Part shown: piece after piece, positions 23,592 to 39,616 of the stretch
Layout of the letters: each line of letters begins with the position of its first letter
Position numbering within the stretch: the first letter of the stretch is position 1
Assembly: GCA_003971905.1 (NCBI GenBank)
Contig: RSEE01000086.1
Location: 62,001-126,000 of the forward strand
From: Moniliella sp. 'wahieum'
Lineage: Eukaryota
DNA length: 64,000 nt
Direction of reading: 5' to 3'
Translations under genes and position numbers: made by a program
The notes under the pieces: generated by a model
The model's input: the letters and a program-made list of their open reading frames with translations, nothing else
The model's database searches: none
What the model was told of the DNA's origin: nothing

Positions 23592-26500
23592 TCACCGTGC
23601 CCGTGTTGGGACGGGCAGACCGGACGCCCGCAGCCGGCTGGGCGTCTTGGCCGAGGCATCGGACGAGGTCGAGGGGCGGCAAGCGCACGGGACGGGATTG
23701 GTAACCGGAACCCCGCGCGGGGCCGAGGCGCGCGGGAGAGAGCTGCCGGTCTCGGTACGCATACTGGAATCAGAAGGACGAGGCAAGGTGCTGTGACTGG
23801 GACGGGGGAGTGCACCTTGGCGTCGTCTCGCTACGCAAGGAGCTGGTTTCCGGACGGGGCAACGAACTGTCGCTTGGTCGCGGAAGTGCACTGCGGCCAA
23901 ACCGACACTTCGGGGTAAGGAGCTGCGCCCGCCGGGGTAGGGAGCAAAGAAACAGGTGGCTTGCCCCCGTCACCGTGCAGGATCGGGGATGCTGCCCTAT
24001 CTTCTCCCTTGTGGCGGCGGCAAGCCGACTTTCATCCGTCGGCGCCTTTGGGCTGTGGAGAGAAGGGGGCACGATGCGCGAAGCGGAACGGGGAGAAGGG
24101 GCACTTGATCCCAGTGTCTTGATCCCTGCAGCGGGATGCGAGTTGGGGGCAGGAAGCTTCCTAAAGAGGAGGAATCGAGGACGTGCGTGTGGTGGCGGGT
24201 GCATGTCGGGACCAGGTAAGGTCCCATCTCCTCCTCCTCGTCCTGCTGCGACCAGAGGAAGAAGAGTTGGGTTTGCGCGAGCGGGTAAACGACAGGGTAT
24301 CGTCTTCGATCGGAGAAGGGCCTACCGGCGACGAAGTAGGCAACTGGGTTGGTGTTTGTCGCGGTGTCGTATCCTCCGCCTCAGGTAGAGGGATTGGTGG
24401 GCCACGAGTCAAGGCCAGGACCCGCCCGTGAATCCGAGATGGGTTCAGGACTACCGCGCCGAGGAACCTCCGAGTCCCCTGATCGATCGTCCACCGGGGA
24501 AGACACCTCGTCCTGGCCCTGGCTCTGGTCAGTTCGAGATGGTGGTCGTGACTGTGGCTCTGGTCCTGGCTTTGTCCCTGGCTTTGGTCTTGGTCTTGAT
24601 CTTGCTCTTGGTTTTGGTTTTGGTCTTGGTGCGTTGGTCCTCCTCCTCCCAGGATGGTTCCTCCTCGCTCGGGTTGGACGACTCTTCCCAAGCCTCAAGC
24701 CGGGCAAGAGACGCTGAGGCAGCCTCCATCTGGCGCTCAAACCAAGGGTCCTCCGTGAGGAGTTGGTCGTCGTCCAAGTCCTCCTGCTCCCAGTCCGTAG
24801 TCTCCGTCTCGTTGGTCGGGGGGAGGGGGAAGGAAATGTCGGGAGCGAGCACGAGGGAGGGATGTTTGCGCGGCAGCCGGGGTGCCACACTGCACTGGAC
24901 GGCATGCAGGCGAAGGTAAGTCCCTCCCGCCAACGGCGGAGAGGCAGGGGAGAAGAGGGAGCCAAAGCGGCTGGTCGCCCGGGGACGGACGACGCGGTTG
25001 GTTAGCGGCGTGGATGGGTACACGTTCTTTTCCTGCCCGGGCGACCACTTGCGTTTCTCCCCGCGCGCAGCGGGCACCGCAAAACCACCCACTTCTCTCT
25101 GCCAGCTCGTCCAGGTCCGCACCCACGTCCAAGTCCGAGTCGGAATCGCTTAGTTCCAGCTGGTAAGCGACGATACTGGGACGATCGGTCATCCGATGGC
25201 TCCAGCCCGCCACGCCGACGAGCATACGCGATCGCCGTGCGATACATCAAGCTTGTCTTTGTCTGTGAGCGTGGCCCAGGATTGCGGCTCGGAGTGGGCC
25301 TCGGACTGGACCGAGGGCGGAGGCGAAGGGCGCGGTGAGGTCTGCAGAGACACTTCCACATAGCGCTTTTCCGGGGATGTTGGAGGAAAGGAGGGATGAA
25401 CGGCACGTATCCTTCGGATTGGATGAGACGACTGTACCCCCTCCCCATCTACCATTTCTGGTGCAGCATACAGGTCCGGTCTGCCGATGTCCCCAAGGCA
25501 GACGTTAGCGAGGCCGAAGTGCGATTGGTGGCTGTCGTGCGAGTAACGTCCGAGATGCGTGAAGCGGCGCGCGACAGGTCGGTCGCCCCAGAGGAGAAGG
25601 CATGGAACACGTGGATCGGAGGCGAGACCAAGGTGCTGCGCTACATGTTTCTCCAAGTCGGCCGGGTAAGATGAAGATTCGCAAGCAGCGTTTGCTGCAC
25701 TTCTATCCTCGCAGCGCGTTCTTGTTGCCGCCTCGTTGCCTCCGCCACGGCACGCATTGACAAATCGTGGGTCTCGGTCACCGCCGAAAAACTCGACAGA
25801 GCGGTACCGGGCCGGTCAAACGAGCTAAGACGCTGTCGAGTGCCGTGCACTCCCAAGCACCGACCCTCCATCCTCGGCACGCATCGCATTGAGCCCGGCT
25901 CGAGCTACGAGCCCGGCCCAGGTGCCTGCACCCGTCAGGTCGCGGGACGCAAGCCCTTGGCAAAGGGGGGCAGGTCGGGGCTAAAGTCGTAGTAGTTGAA
26001 CGCGTCGGTACCGAAGGTGGGCGAAGGGCTACGTGGGCTTGACGGTTTTTGATCCTGGCCCTCTGGGTCAGGGGGCAATGACCAGGGGTTCGCTTGTGCC
26101 GGTCAACAGGCCCGAGTCCTCCTTGGGGGCGGAAGAAGGGGCGCGCTTATGTTTCCTCCGCAGGCGCGATAGGGCGGCTTTGGTCACGCCGGCCGAGAGG
26201 GAGCGAGCAGAGGCGAGGCGGAACGCGGGGTGGATGTCCTCTGTCGATGTGCCCGCAGTGGCACGCAAGGCAGGGAGGGTGGAGACGCAGCTTTTGGGGG
26301 CCTACCGACTGGTCAAGCGGGGGGCTTTGGATCGTTGTTCGGTAAAAGAGGTCAACTTGGGGGGGGCAAAGTGGGGGGGGCGCATCCGCGGAGGGACGTG
26401 TTGCTTGCGTGGGGTTATGTCGGGTGGTGCCTCTTGCAGCTGTGGCGTCCGGTGCATGGGGGGTGGTATCGGGCGCCGGGAAGGCCGATGCAATCGCGGT

Positions 26501-27517
26501 GGGGTAGGGTAGTAGTTCGGAAGAGTCAGGGAGCAGGGGAGGAAAGGGAGCGGTCATGCTCCTGCTCCGCTCGCTTTCGGGCAGGACATCGAGTTCTGTG
26601 CTGAGGGCTGAGCGCGGAGCGTGCGTGGCCGGCGGGCTCCTCTTCGGCGGCGGCTGCGGGCCGATCCCAGGGCGCGCCAGTCGACCAGTTCGGACTCGAG
26701 TGCGTACAACAAGATTGAATGCGGGCGGGGGTCCATGTTCTCGCCGGGACACGGCGCGGGGGCGCAGAGGGGGTTTGGGTGGCAGTGGAGGCAGTAGGGG
26801 GGTGGGCTAGGGGTTGTGGCATGGGGGGTGGGAGTCGAGGATGCGGATGCGGACGGGATGAGGAGAGGGAGAGGGCCGGGAGGGCGAGGGGGGGTGCTGG
26901 ACGGGACGAGGCTGTGGTCGGCAGGGCGGCGGGGCGCCGGGGGGGAGGGCCGCGCTCGGGGAGGCCATGCGGGTGCGGGTGGGGGCGGAGGCGCGCGATG
27001 GAGGAGAGCGTCGTCGGCAGCGAGGACGGCGGCGGCAGGGGCAGGCGGGGGGTGCTGGGGGGCGGGCCCATGGGGGAGACGGTGCGGAGGGAGGAGGAGA
27101 CGGAGGAGAGCTGGCCGGGCAGGCGAGGGTGGCGGAGGGGGTCGCCGGCGGAGCGGCGACGCTCGAGGTCCTGCTGGAGTGGTGCAGCAGCAGCGACGGG
27201 TCGGCAGGGCGAGGCGAGGCCCAGCGTGCCACCGAGGGAGGCGCGCTGCGGGGGTGGCGGCGACACGGATGCCGGCGCCACGGACGCGCGCAGGCGGCGG
27301 CGAGTAGGGCCGGCTAAAGTTGCGCGTGTGGCCGAGCACGGCCGGGGCGGAGGCGGGCGCGGGCGCGGGCGGGGCAGCGCCGGTGGGTCGGCGGAGAGGT
27401 GGAGCGCGGGGCGGGCGGGGCCGGGGCCAGGCGCGGAGAGGGCGACGCCGACGGGCTCGGCGGGCGTGGACATCGATCGCGCGCGGCGGAGGACACGGCG
27501 GGCGCGGCGGAGGACAC
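23592..27517 (-). CDS. Hypothetical protein; Pro/Ser-rich N-terminus, possibly folded core at about 24700-26000; boundaries uncertain
   Basis: Chain of overlapping minus-strand ORFs with protein-like segments (DAFNYYDFSPDLPPLP; AVAEATRRQQERAARIEVQQTLL; ETTDWEQEDLDDDQLLTEDPWFERQ). No family recognised. Confidence 0.35.
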
Positions 27518-27714
27518 GGCGGTGGCGACGGCGGGGCGCGGCGGTGGCGGTGGTGTGGGCTGGCTGCTACGGCCTAAGGCGCGGTGGAGCAGCGCGGCGG
27601 CAGCGGAGCAGCGGGTTGTTAGGTAAGCGTGCCTTCCCGGCGCGTCGGGCGAGAATCTCTACGATCTAAGCCAAGCCCAGTTCGCTCGCTTGCCCACCAC
27701 CACCGCCTGCGCCG

Positions 27715-30700
27715 ATGAGCCACCGTGTGCCCGCCGACGAGGGCGCTACGCCTCGCCTTTGTCGGCCGCCGTCGCCACCACCGCCACCACCACCACCAAA
27801 GACGACGCCGCGCGCATCGCCCACACCCACCACATCGCGCCACCGCACCCCCACACCCGCACCCACGCCCCCGCCCCCCGCCGCCCCCTCCACCGCCCGC
27901 CGCCGACCCCTCGCCCCCGCCGCCGCCCTCGCGTCCCCTCGTGCCCTTCCCCTCCGCCCTCCCCCGCCCGCCGCCGCACGCCCCCCCCAGCACGCCCCCC
28001 CACCCCGCCCAGCCCGACGCAGCGCCCACGCCCCACACCGTCTGGCAGCTCGCCGGCGCTCCTGCCTCTGTTGAGGCAGCCCACACCAGCATCCTCCGTG
28101 ACGCCGCCCAGCACGCCTCGGCCGTCGTGCGCGTCCCCACGTCTATCCTCCTCCCATGCCGACTCGCCGCGCGTCCGCCCCACCGTCCAGCACCGCATCG
28201 ACGCCATTGCCCACGCGACCGCGCCAGTTCCAGGTCGTCCACCGTGTCCCCCGCGCGCTGCCTCGGCCGCCGTGGCCGAGGTCGAGACAGAGTTCGAATC
28301 CGAGGTGCGCCTCAGCGGCCACACGGGACATGGTGGACCTGGCGCGCATCCGCGTGCTTGCGCTGATTGACGAGCTGGTACGTACCCCCCCCCCCCCCCC
28401 GTGACAAGCTCGTGCCTTGATCTGCTCTCCCCCCTGCTTACCACCCTCCTTTTTCTTCAGAACGGGCTCGATTCAGACACGTGCGAGCTGGAGAGCATCT
28501 GCACCATTGTCGGGGCCGCACAAGCGGTGTGTGATCCAAACCATCCAGACTGAAACTGCCACATCCATTTACCTTTGCCCCGGAACCTTTGGCTGGTTGC
28601 GCGCCGAGCCCGAAGCGCCCCTCGCCTCCCTGGCCAACACCATCCTTATCACCGGCCCCCGCCCGGGCGTGCAGCGCGCCAAGGAAATGCTGCTGCAGAT
28701 CGCAAACCCACAAGACCAGCGTGCTCCTCCACAAGCCTGCCGATCTCCCGCCTGGCAAGCGCGACTGGCTGTGCTCCACCACTCACTCAAGCTCGCCGAA
28801 ATCGCACGGGACAATGCCACTCTTTCTCTCCCCCCGTTGGGAAGTGACTCGCCTCGTCTTCTCGTCTGGGGCGACAACCGCGCTTCGATCGAACGCACAC
28901 TCCGTGCCGTTATGGCCTTGGCCACCGAACTCTACCTCGCCTCGATCCAACTTGCCCCGCCGCTGCCTCGCGTGATCAACCCGGGCTTTGAGGCGTTTTC
29001 TACCCCGGCACGGCCCGTGGAAGCCTTCCCTTCCATGGCGCGCCAAGTGACGGTAGGGGATGTGATCCAGGCCACGGCAGCCGCCTCTGGGGCCGAGGTA
29101 GGCGCCCAGCAGCTTGCGTCGGGCGTGTGGGGAATGGAGCTTTCGGGCACCGCGACCGAGGTCAAAGCGGGACTGGCGACGGTGCTGAGCACCCGTGGAC
29201 CCAGTCGTTCGAGTGCCATGTATCGGTCTGTCTTGAGCTTGCCGCGGAACATCGTGACTTTTTGTCGGGAAAAAAGAACGGCAAGGTGAACAAAATTATG
29301 CGCTTGTCCAACGTCCAGATCGTCTTTGAGGAGGGGAACGAGTACAACTTTATTATTCGCCTCTCTGCTAGCGGCCGCGGGTGGGACTTGGCCGACCCCA
29401 ACCCGGGCCCTCTGGAGGGAATGGACCGGAGCAACGTCCTGCTTGGCCTCACCTACCTCCAAGAGGAGCTGCCGGCCGAAATTGCGTTCTATGTGCCCGA
29501 GGCGTACCACAAACGCATCATCGGCGTCGGGGGCAAGAACATTCAGCGTATCATGAAGCGGTACGGAGTGTACGTCAAGTTTCTTCGGCTGAAGAGGCTG
29601 CCTGGGGAGGCTGTCTGCCCACCGAGGACAACGTCGTGGCCCGTACGCCTGCCAAAAATGCCAGTGCGTCTCTTTGCCGCTAAGGCGACCGTGCTGGAGA
29701 TGGTGGCGCCAAAGACCGGGACTTCACGACGCTTCAAGTGCCCTTGGCTCGGGGGCAGCACCGCATCTTGGCCTCGGAACGTGCTTTGGTCCTGCACGAC
29801 GTTGAAGCACGCACATCCTGCAGCATCACCTTCCCTCCGCGCGAGAGTGGGGACGAGACGATTACGCTGTATGGTCCGAGCATGTCGCTGCGCTTGTTGC
29901 GCATGTGGTTTGGACCAAGTGCCTTACCGTGCCAGCTTGCAAATCCGTCCGCCCAACCGATGCTGCTGCAAGACCGGCTGGCCAGTGCCGAGTTTGGTGT
30001 GCTGCTGGAAGTGCTGCGGCGCGAGTACAGTATCCGCACCACGGTGTGGCAAGCGCCGTCGGATGCTCCTCCCTCGCCTCCTTCGGACAAGACCGAAGCA
30101 GGGGTACACTTTCAACTGCTCACCACGCGTGCCCACTCAGATTGGGTACCGATTGCCAAAAAATGCTTACTACGTTTTTTCTCTTCGGGCTCGCACCCGC
30201 CCACGCAGCCTCGGTTTCCACCCCGCTCGTCTCGCCCTCGGTGCGCACGATGGGCCTCCTTCGCGCTTCAGCACGCCGGCCTCCCTCCCCGATTCGCCCA
30301 TCTACCGCTCCAACCCGCACGTGGCCGTGGGCGCCGGCGCGGGCGTGGGCGTGGGCGTGGGCCCGGCGCACCACTGCCCCCGCACCCGGCACGGTACGTG
30401 CACGGTTCCTTGCCCGACGGGGACCGGCACGCGCGCTGCCCCCCTAGCCCATGCACGCCACGGCTCCCACGCCTCGCACCGGTCCTTTGGCTCAGCGGGA
30501 TCGAACGTGTCGGGGGAGGTCCGTTGGCGCCGGTGCAGGGCAAACGCTACCCGACCCACACCCACACCCTCTCGGGCAACCTCTTGTGGGGCAAGCCCGG
30601 GGAACGGGAATGGTCGTCGGGGTGCGTCCGCGCGGCGCAATGGAACGCTGGGACGGACCGGGCGCGATCGCGAGCGCTAGCTGGGTGCCGACGATGGAAC

Positions 30701-31233
30701 CGAATGTGCCGAGCCCAGGTCCGAACCCTGTGGGCTCGCCCGTGTGGACCACGTCGGGGCGGAGCGAACGGGCGCATTCGCTCGATTACCGGCTCCCGCC
30801 GCGCCTGGACCGCGTAGACCGCATGGACCGCATGGCCGCATGGACCGTGTGGACCGGTGGACCGTGTGGACGGGTGGACCCAGTGGACCGCGCGCGGGAG
30901 AGGTACGATGGCGCTGTGGACCTGCGTTCGACCCGCCCTTGGATCCTGCCTGGGACAAACTCAATACTCCCTTTGTACCGCCCCACGCGCACTCGGCTTG
31001 TACGAGCCCGACCCCTCACGTACACCGACCCGCTCCGTAGCGAGCCCCTGGGAGACCGACCCGTACGACCCGTCGCTCCAAGATGCTCGCATGGTACGTG
31101 TTTTCTGGTGAAGGTGTTCTTCTTGATGTTCTTCTTGGTGTTCTTGCTCGTGCGCGTGGTCCTGGGCTACTCGCATGTGCCGTCGATGCAGTCGGATATG
31201 AACCGTGCGATGCAACTGTGGTCGCTGCAGTAA
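27715..31233 (+). CDS. KH-domain RNA-binding protein, Mug60/YLL032C-like; intron 28378-28460; ends approximate
   Basis: RIRVLALIDEL|NGL..., HRDFLSGKKNGKVNKIM, ELPAEIAFYVPEAYHKRIIGVGGKNIQRIMKRYGVYVKF (KH GxxG loop), NVVARTPAKNA. Confidence 0.8.
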
Positions 31234-32173
31234 CCTCACTACATCACTGATTCCCCCCACCTTTAACCCTCGCTATGCATCGGTTTCACCAACAAAACGC
31301 CTGCCCCCGATACCTGGGTCTTTGTCTTTGCGCAGCCCCCGAGGGAAGGCGGTCACCTCGCTCGTCTCGTTCGTCTTGTTACTCATCTCGCTTCCTCGCC
31401 CGGTCTCGTCTCTGCTCCCACCTTGTCTGCTCCCCTGGGTGCCCGGGTGCCCCCCTGGGTACCCCTCTGGGTTCCCCCCTGGGTTCCCCCTGAGTTCTTT
31501 CGGGGAGGGCGAGGCGCTGGCCCACATGGTTTTCTCGTCCACGATCATGAGGATCGATCATCGATCACGGCTGTATACTCCCCCCCGCGTAACTGTTTCT
31601 CTTGGAGGCTTGCACGCTCCTGCCTATTCTATTCCTGCCCCCGCTGTGCTCTGATTGGATTTGCATTCGTTCTGTCGACGCCCGAGGTGGGTGAGGAGGA
31701 GAGGAGGGAGGGAGTGGCGGGAAGGACGATGGAAGGACGATGGGAAGGACGATGGGAAGGACGATGCGAGTGGCGATGCGAAGGAGATGGCCACTTGGAA
31801 CCCAGCTCGCTTGCTATAAACCCGATCGAAGCGGCGGATGGCGGGTGTGGGATGGGTGATATGCGAGGGTGATGCTTCCTTCGGGAGGCGGCAGAGGGGC
31901 AGTGTAGCTGGCACAGCGCCCCCCTGCTGCAGCTGACAAATAGTGATATTGAAACATGCGCCTGCAAACGCAAAACAGTTGCACCGATCCCCTCCTGCGG
32001 CTGCCCTGCCCCAGCAGCAGCCTGTCTTTGCCACTGGCCTGCGCCTGGCCCCTCCACTGCGGTCTCCACCTTTCTCCACCACCGCCACCGCCACCTCCAC
32101 TGCCACCGCCGCCTTCGCCTTCGCCTTCGCCGCCACCTTCCCTTTCTCACCCACCTTGCTTGCCTGCCCGGCC

Positions 32174-33465
32174 ATGGTCTCCAACGGCATCCGCCTCCTC
32201 ACGGGCAACGCCCACCCCGAGCTCGCCAACCTGGTTGCCGAGCGTCTCGGCATCCAGGTGACGCCGTGTGTGCTCAAGCGCTTTGCCGACCAGAGCATCG
32301 ATGTGCGCATCGGCTCGAGCGTGCGGGACGAGGACGTGTTTGTGATGCAGACCTCGTCTGGCCCTACGACGGATACCAACGACTCGTTGATGGAGCTTCT
32401 CATTCTTCTTTCGGCGTGCAAGACGGCGTCGGCGCGGCGCATCACGGCCGTCATCCCTTCCTTCCCGTACAGCCGCCACGACAAGAAGGACAAGTCGCGG
32501 CAGCCCATTACGGGCAAGTTGATTGCCAACATGATCACCACCGCTGGTGCGGACCATGTGATTACGATGGACCTGCATGCGGCGCAGGTGCAGGGATTCT
32601 TTGACATTCCCGTCGACAACTTGGTTGCCGAGCCGTCGGTGAGCCGGTGGATTCGTTCGCACGTCCGCGGCTGGCGCAACGCCATCATTGTCTCTCCCGA
32701 TGCCGGTGGTGCCAAGCGCGCGACCGCGGTGGCCGACGCACTCGGATTGGACTTTGCGCTGATCAACCGCAATCGGAAGCGCGAAGCGAACCGTGCCCGT
32801 GCCAAGGCCAAGAACAAGTACACTGACCCGACCCAGACGCCGTTGACGGGCAGCTTGATTCTGGACAACCAGGACGTGCCTCCGCTTGCTGCGTCGTCGG
32901 ACCCGCACCCGCTCACCCAGCTCACGCCCATTGCCAACGGGGTGCAGGTCAAGCCGTCGGGCGACTGGGTGATTACCGACGACGACGGCACGCTCGTTTC
33001 GAGTGGCGGTTCGCGCAGTGCGACGCGCCAGCGCGTGTGCCTGGGATGGAGAGTGCGGCTGCGTCGGACGCCGAGTCGGCCGCATCGGACGGGAGAGGAG
33101 GAGCACAGATGGAGATCTTGGTGGGCGACGTGCAGGGCCGCACGGCGATTTTGGTGGACGACATGGTGGACACGGGTCGCACGCTCGCCCTGGCTGCCAA
33201 GACACTGAAGAACGCCGGGGCCGAGGCGGTGTACTCGATCAACGTGCATGGCCTGCTGAGCGGCAAGGCGATGGACCTGGTCAATGCGTTGCCGCTCGAG
33301 AAGCTGGTGGTGACCAACACCGTGTCGCAGGCCGACAAGATGGCGCAGTCGTCCAAGTTGGAGGTGATGGACATCTCGGCGCTCCTGGCCGAGTCGATTC
33401 GGCGCACGCACAATGGCGAGTCGATCAGCGCGCTGTTCCGGGAGGATGCGGCGATCATGTTCTAA
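32174..33465 (+). CDS. PRS1: Ribose-phosphate pyrophosphokinase with an internal insertion (Prs1-type); frameshift near 33030
   Basis: [105 protein letters not shown]. Paralogue number is tentative. Confidence 0.95.
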
Positions 33466-33998
33466 GGCCGTGCGACGATCGGTCGCTCGCGCTCGCGCTT
33501 GGAAGAGTGGGATGGGGGGGGTTCTGCCTGTGCCGTCTAGGTGGTGTGGCGGCGGGGAGAGCAATGCACGCTGTAAACCTGCATGGTGGGGGAGTGGGGG
33601 AGGCAGGCGGTTGGTTATACCATCGAGTAGTTAGCGAGCAAGCAAGCGGGGCTGGGCTAAAAGGGGATGGGGACGCCCAGAGGATGGGTAATGGCCTGGG
33701 CCATGGGTAACGCTTAACGAAGGCCATGGGCGTGAATTGATACTTTCATTTTCCCATCTGCCAATTGGAATCCAGCCAGCCCCAGAAAATATTCCGCCCT
33801 GCATCTCCGAGCGGCGACGCTCGCCGTCTCGGACGTAGCCGGGCTTGGGCACTGGGAGCGCCGGTGGCAATCTCCTCGGACACAGGCAGCGGCGCTATGG
33901 AAGCAGAAGCAAACTAGCACCCCCCCCAACGCAACCCAGAAACGGGGCGAAACATGTATCGAAAACAGTGAAGGACAAGGGACACAGCGGGGGAAGGC

Positions 33999-34509
33999 TC
34001 ACGCATCGCTTGGTGGCTCGCGCGAGGCAGTGAAGACATGCGGCTCCTCCACCACCAGGCTGTCGACGGCGTACATGCGATTGACAATGGCCGCGCGCTT
34101 GAGGGCGTGGAGATCCTTGGATGCCGTGTCGTAAAAGTGGCGCAGGTGCGCGACCTGGTCCGCGGCAGACGCCTGGCCCTCGGGGGCGGCCTTGGCGCGC
34201 GCAGCCTCCGGAGGCTGGGCCACCTGGGCGGTGGCAGCAGTGAGCGACTGGGGCGCGACGGGCGTGGTGGTGGCGCCCACCTTGCTGAAGGGCGACGAGG
34301 TGGCAGCGGCGGCAGAGGGATACAGGTTGGCGCGGAACATGTCGCGGGAGCGGCGGAGGAAGTAGGTGCGGAACGAGTAGGCCGACTGGGCAGAGGGGTC
34401 AGCGAGGCGGAGCGGATGGGGGGAGGAGACGTACGAAGGACTGGGCCGTGCGCAGGTAGTCGCGGTACAGGCGCGTCCAGGCCTGGCGGGTGGGGGCAGC
34501 AGCAGACAT
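33999..34509 (-). CDS. ISD11: LYR-motif protein Isd11/LYRM4 (Fe-S cluster assembly); intron 34386-34434
   Basis: MSAAPTRQAWTRLYRDYLRTAQSF|SAYSFRTYFLRRSRDMFR ... DLHALKRAAIVNRMYAVDSLVVE; intron GTACGT..CTGAC..CAG. Confidence 0.85.
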
Positions 34510-34758
34510 GCTTGCGGGGGTGGGCGGGAGGATGGCGGTGGTGGGCAGGGGGATGACTTGAGCTTCGCTTGAAGCTTCACTGGAAGGCCGATGGACGCCG
34601 CGGGGGCAGGGCGGTCAGGTGACCGGGGCCACCAGTCAGCGCGTGCTGAGCTCAGCGGGGCATGCGATGCCGGGGCGGAACGGGGGCGGAGCAGGCGAAC
34701 GTTGAAACTTTGCGGCGCTGGACGGTGCAGGACGCGTCACCGGCTCACTCCCGGACGA

Positions 34759-34791
34759 GTGACGTCACGGGTGGGTGACCCGGTGACGTGG
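34759..34791. promoter_or_regulatory. CRE/ATF palindrome GTGACGTCAC (34759-34768) and UPRE-like TGACGTGG (34784-34791) in the divergent ISD11/CDC48 promoter
   Basis: Motifs are directly visible; function is inferred. Confidence 0.4.
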
Positions 34792-34972
34792 CCTGTGCGC
34801 GCCCACCGCCGCACAGCGGCAGTGTGCGGGTGGCACTGGCGACGCGTGAGCGTTCCGAACGTTCCGCCTGCTTCCGCCGCCCGCAACGCGTCAGCCGGCC
34901 GGCGATATAGAACAGAGCGCCGCCGCCCCTGCTGCCCCCACCACCCCCCACCCCACCATCCCCCCGCCGACG

Positions 34973-37534
<2,562 letters not shown>

Positions 37535-38048
37535 GGCAAAGAAAGCATTGTCAGAATTGTCGCTTGGCCTTGACTTTTGCTTGGCTTTGGCTTTGGCCCC
37601 GCTGGTTCCATCCTAGGGAGGGAAACGCATCCCTGTAATCTTCTTCCCTATGTGGTTTGAATTGAACGTTGAACCGAATCCATGTGTTCCCGAATCTAAA
37701 GGCGCCCCAGTACAAGGATTCCTATAGCATTCCTATAGAATAGAGATGCCGCGCCATGGACCTGGGGTCTGGTGGGAATCCGACGCGACGACCCACCAAG
37801 GACAAACAGGGACCGGCACAGTATCTACATGCGAGAGAACCAACCCTGGGTACCCTGGGTGGCACTGGGTGGCACTGGAGCCAGTAGGAATGTTTTGGTT
37901 GGGGAGGGATACAAGGCGATACATAGCGCTGACAAAATGAATCCAGCTTGGCCGCCAACAACGAAGGACAAGATATGTGGGGCAGGTGTGTAAACGAATG
38001 CCCAACGCGCCTGCCGCCTGGGGGCAAGGTCCAAGTCCAAGGTCCAAG

Positions 38049-39336
38049 TTACTGCGCCGGCACAGGGTCTTGAGTGGGGGTCTTGTCAGTCTTGGCCTTG
38101 TCAGCCTTGGCCTTTTCCTTCTTGGCCTTTTGCTTCTTTTGCTTCTTGTGCTTCTTTTCCTGCTGCTCCTTCTCCTTGTCCTGGTCCAAGTCGGCCCAGG
38201 ACCAGACGGCGGACCACTCGCCGCGCACGGCGGCCGTCATGGCCAACGCGCCCACGCACGCTGGTGAGAGGTAAGCAGCGCGGGCTGGGCGGCCTTGAAG
38301 AGCGTCATGACAGTCATGGTGACCACGAGGCCAATGACGTACGCAACCAAGGTCGCGGTGACGTACGGGAGGCAAAGCGGGTTGCGGGCCGTGAACCGAC
38401 GGAGAGTCTGTGGTGCAGCGCGTACCGCAGCTTGTGCTGGTCAAAGCGCAACGCCAGTGCAACAAAGCACCCGGGCACCACAATGTCGCCCAAGCCGAGC
38501 ATAGCTAGTTCCCACTTAGCCGGCAGCGCTTGGTGCGTCACGTACGCATGCAGCATCAGCGGGAGGTTACGTGGCCAAGTAATCTTGATGGGAGCATCAA
38601 AGTTGCGCGCAACGCTGACCATGACGTTGGTGCCAAATACCCAGAAAATGTCGTACAGGAACAACCCGCCCAGCACGATTGACCCGTGACGAAACCGGTC
38701 CAGCTCGACGAGCGCGACGGCCTGCCACGCAAGCGCCGCGGCATCACGTTGGATGCGGCCCAGTGGCGTGCGCACGTACGTGCTCACCACCCCCACCGAA
38801 AGGGCAGCAGAACCCCAGTCCAAAACGTGAGCGTGCGCACAAAGTGCTGCGTACACGCCACCCAGTGCTGCACCACCTCTTTGTTGATAGCTCTTCCTCC
38901 TCATCGTCATCGTCCTCGTCCTCGTCCTTTCTTCGCATCTTTCGCATCCTTTGGACCGTTTGCGGCGGCACTGTCCTTACCGTTTTCCCCAGTAGTTTCT
39001 TCTTGGACGGGAGCTTGGGTGCTGGCGGGCGGCGGACGCGTCACGACCAACGCAGCAAGGGAGCGGAGGCACTGCGTACGAGAACCACAGGGGAGGGGGT
39101 ACAGAGTGAGCAGGGGTTAGGGAATAGACATGACATGGTTTCTGTCGCAAAACAAAAGGCGCCCAACGTACCTGGAAGACGGCGGCGCTGCCAATCAGGC
39201 CAAAGTACGCGCTGAGCAGCGCGTTGAGCGCAGCGGGTCCAGGTACTTGAACGCGAGGTACATGCTGAACAGCACGCCCGAGCCCAGAATGGGGAAGAGC
39301 CACGCATCAGCAGCAGTGACCTTGTCGCTGTGGGCA

Positions 39337-39369
<33 letters not shown>

Positions 39370-39553
39370 GTGGCGCCGGGGAGGTGGTGCCAGTCGGGGG
39401 CGAGGCCGGCGGCGAGGTGGGCCTTGCGTGCCTTGCGGGTGGCGAGCGGCGTGCGCAGCGAGTAGAAGCGCCGGCGTAGATGCAGAGCGTGGCGGTGGCA
39501 AGCAGCACCGCGTATGCCTGCAGCTGGCCGGCATCGACGAGACGGGCAGGCAT
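38049..39553 (-). CDS. SPP1: Signal peptide peptidase (A22B intramembrane aspartyl protease); frameshifted
   Basis: AWLFPILGSGVLFSMYLAFKY, GLFLYDIFWVF (YD), LGLGDIVVPG (GxGD), AQPALLYLSPAC (PAL); Lys-rich tail. Confidence 0.93.
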
Positions 39554-39606
39554 GGTGGAGGCGATGGAGGGGGGGGACTAACGCTCCCTCGCGCCGCACG
39601 CCTTCC

Positions 39607-39616
39607 TGCCACGTGG
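39607..39616. promoter_or_regulatory. UPRE-like TGCCACGTGG about 55-65 bp upstream of the SPP start, in the 170-bp divergent SPP/DCTN4 gap
   Basis: Exact motif seen; resembles the CCACGT core bound by Hac1/XBP1-type bZIP factors. Confidence 0.45.

Noticed and set aside
31093..31230. Hydrophobic C-terminal segment on the KH protein
   Set aside because: It begins with GTACGT and ends near CAG in a T-rich tract, so it may be an intron or UTR; the frame is unreliable.
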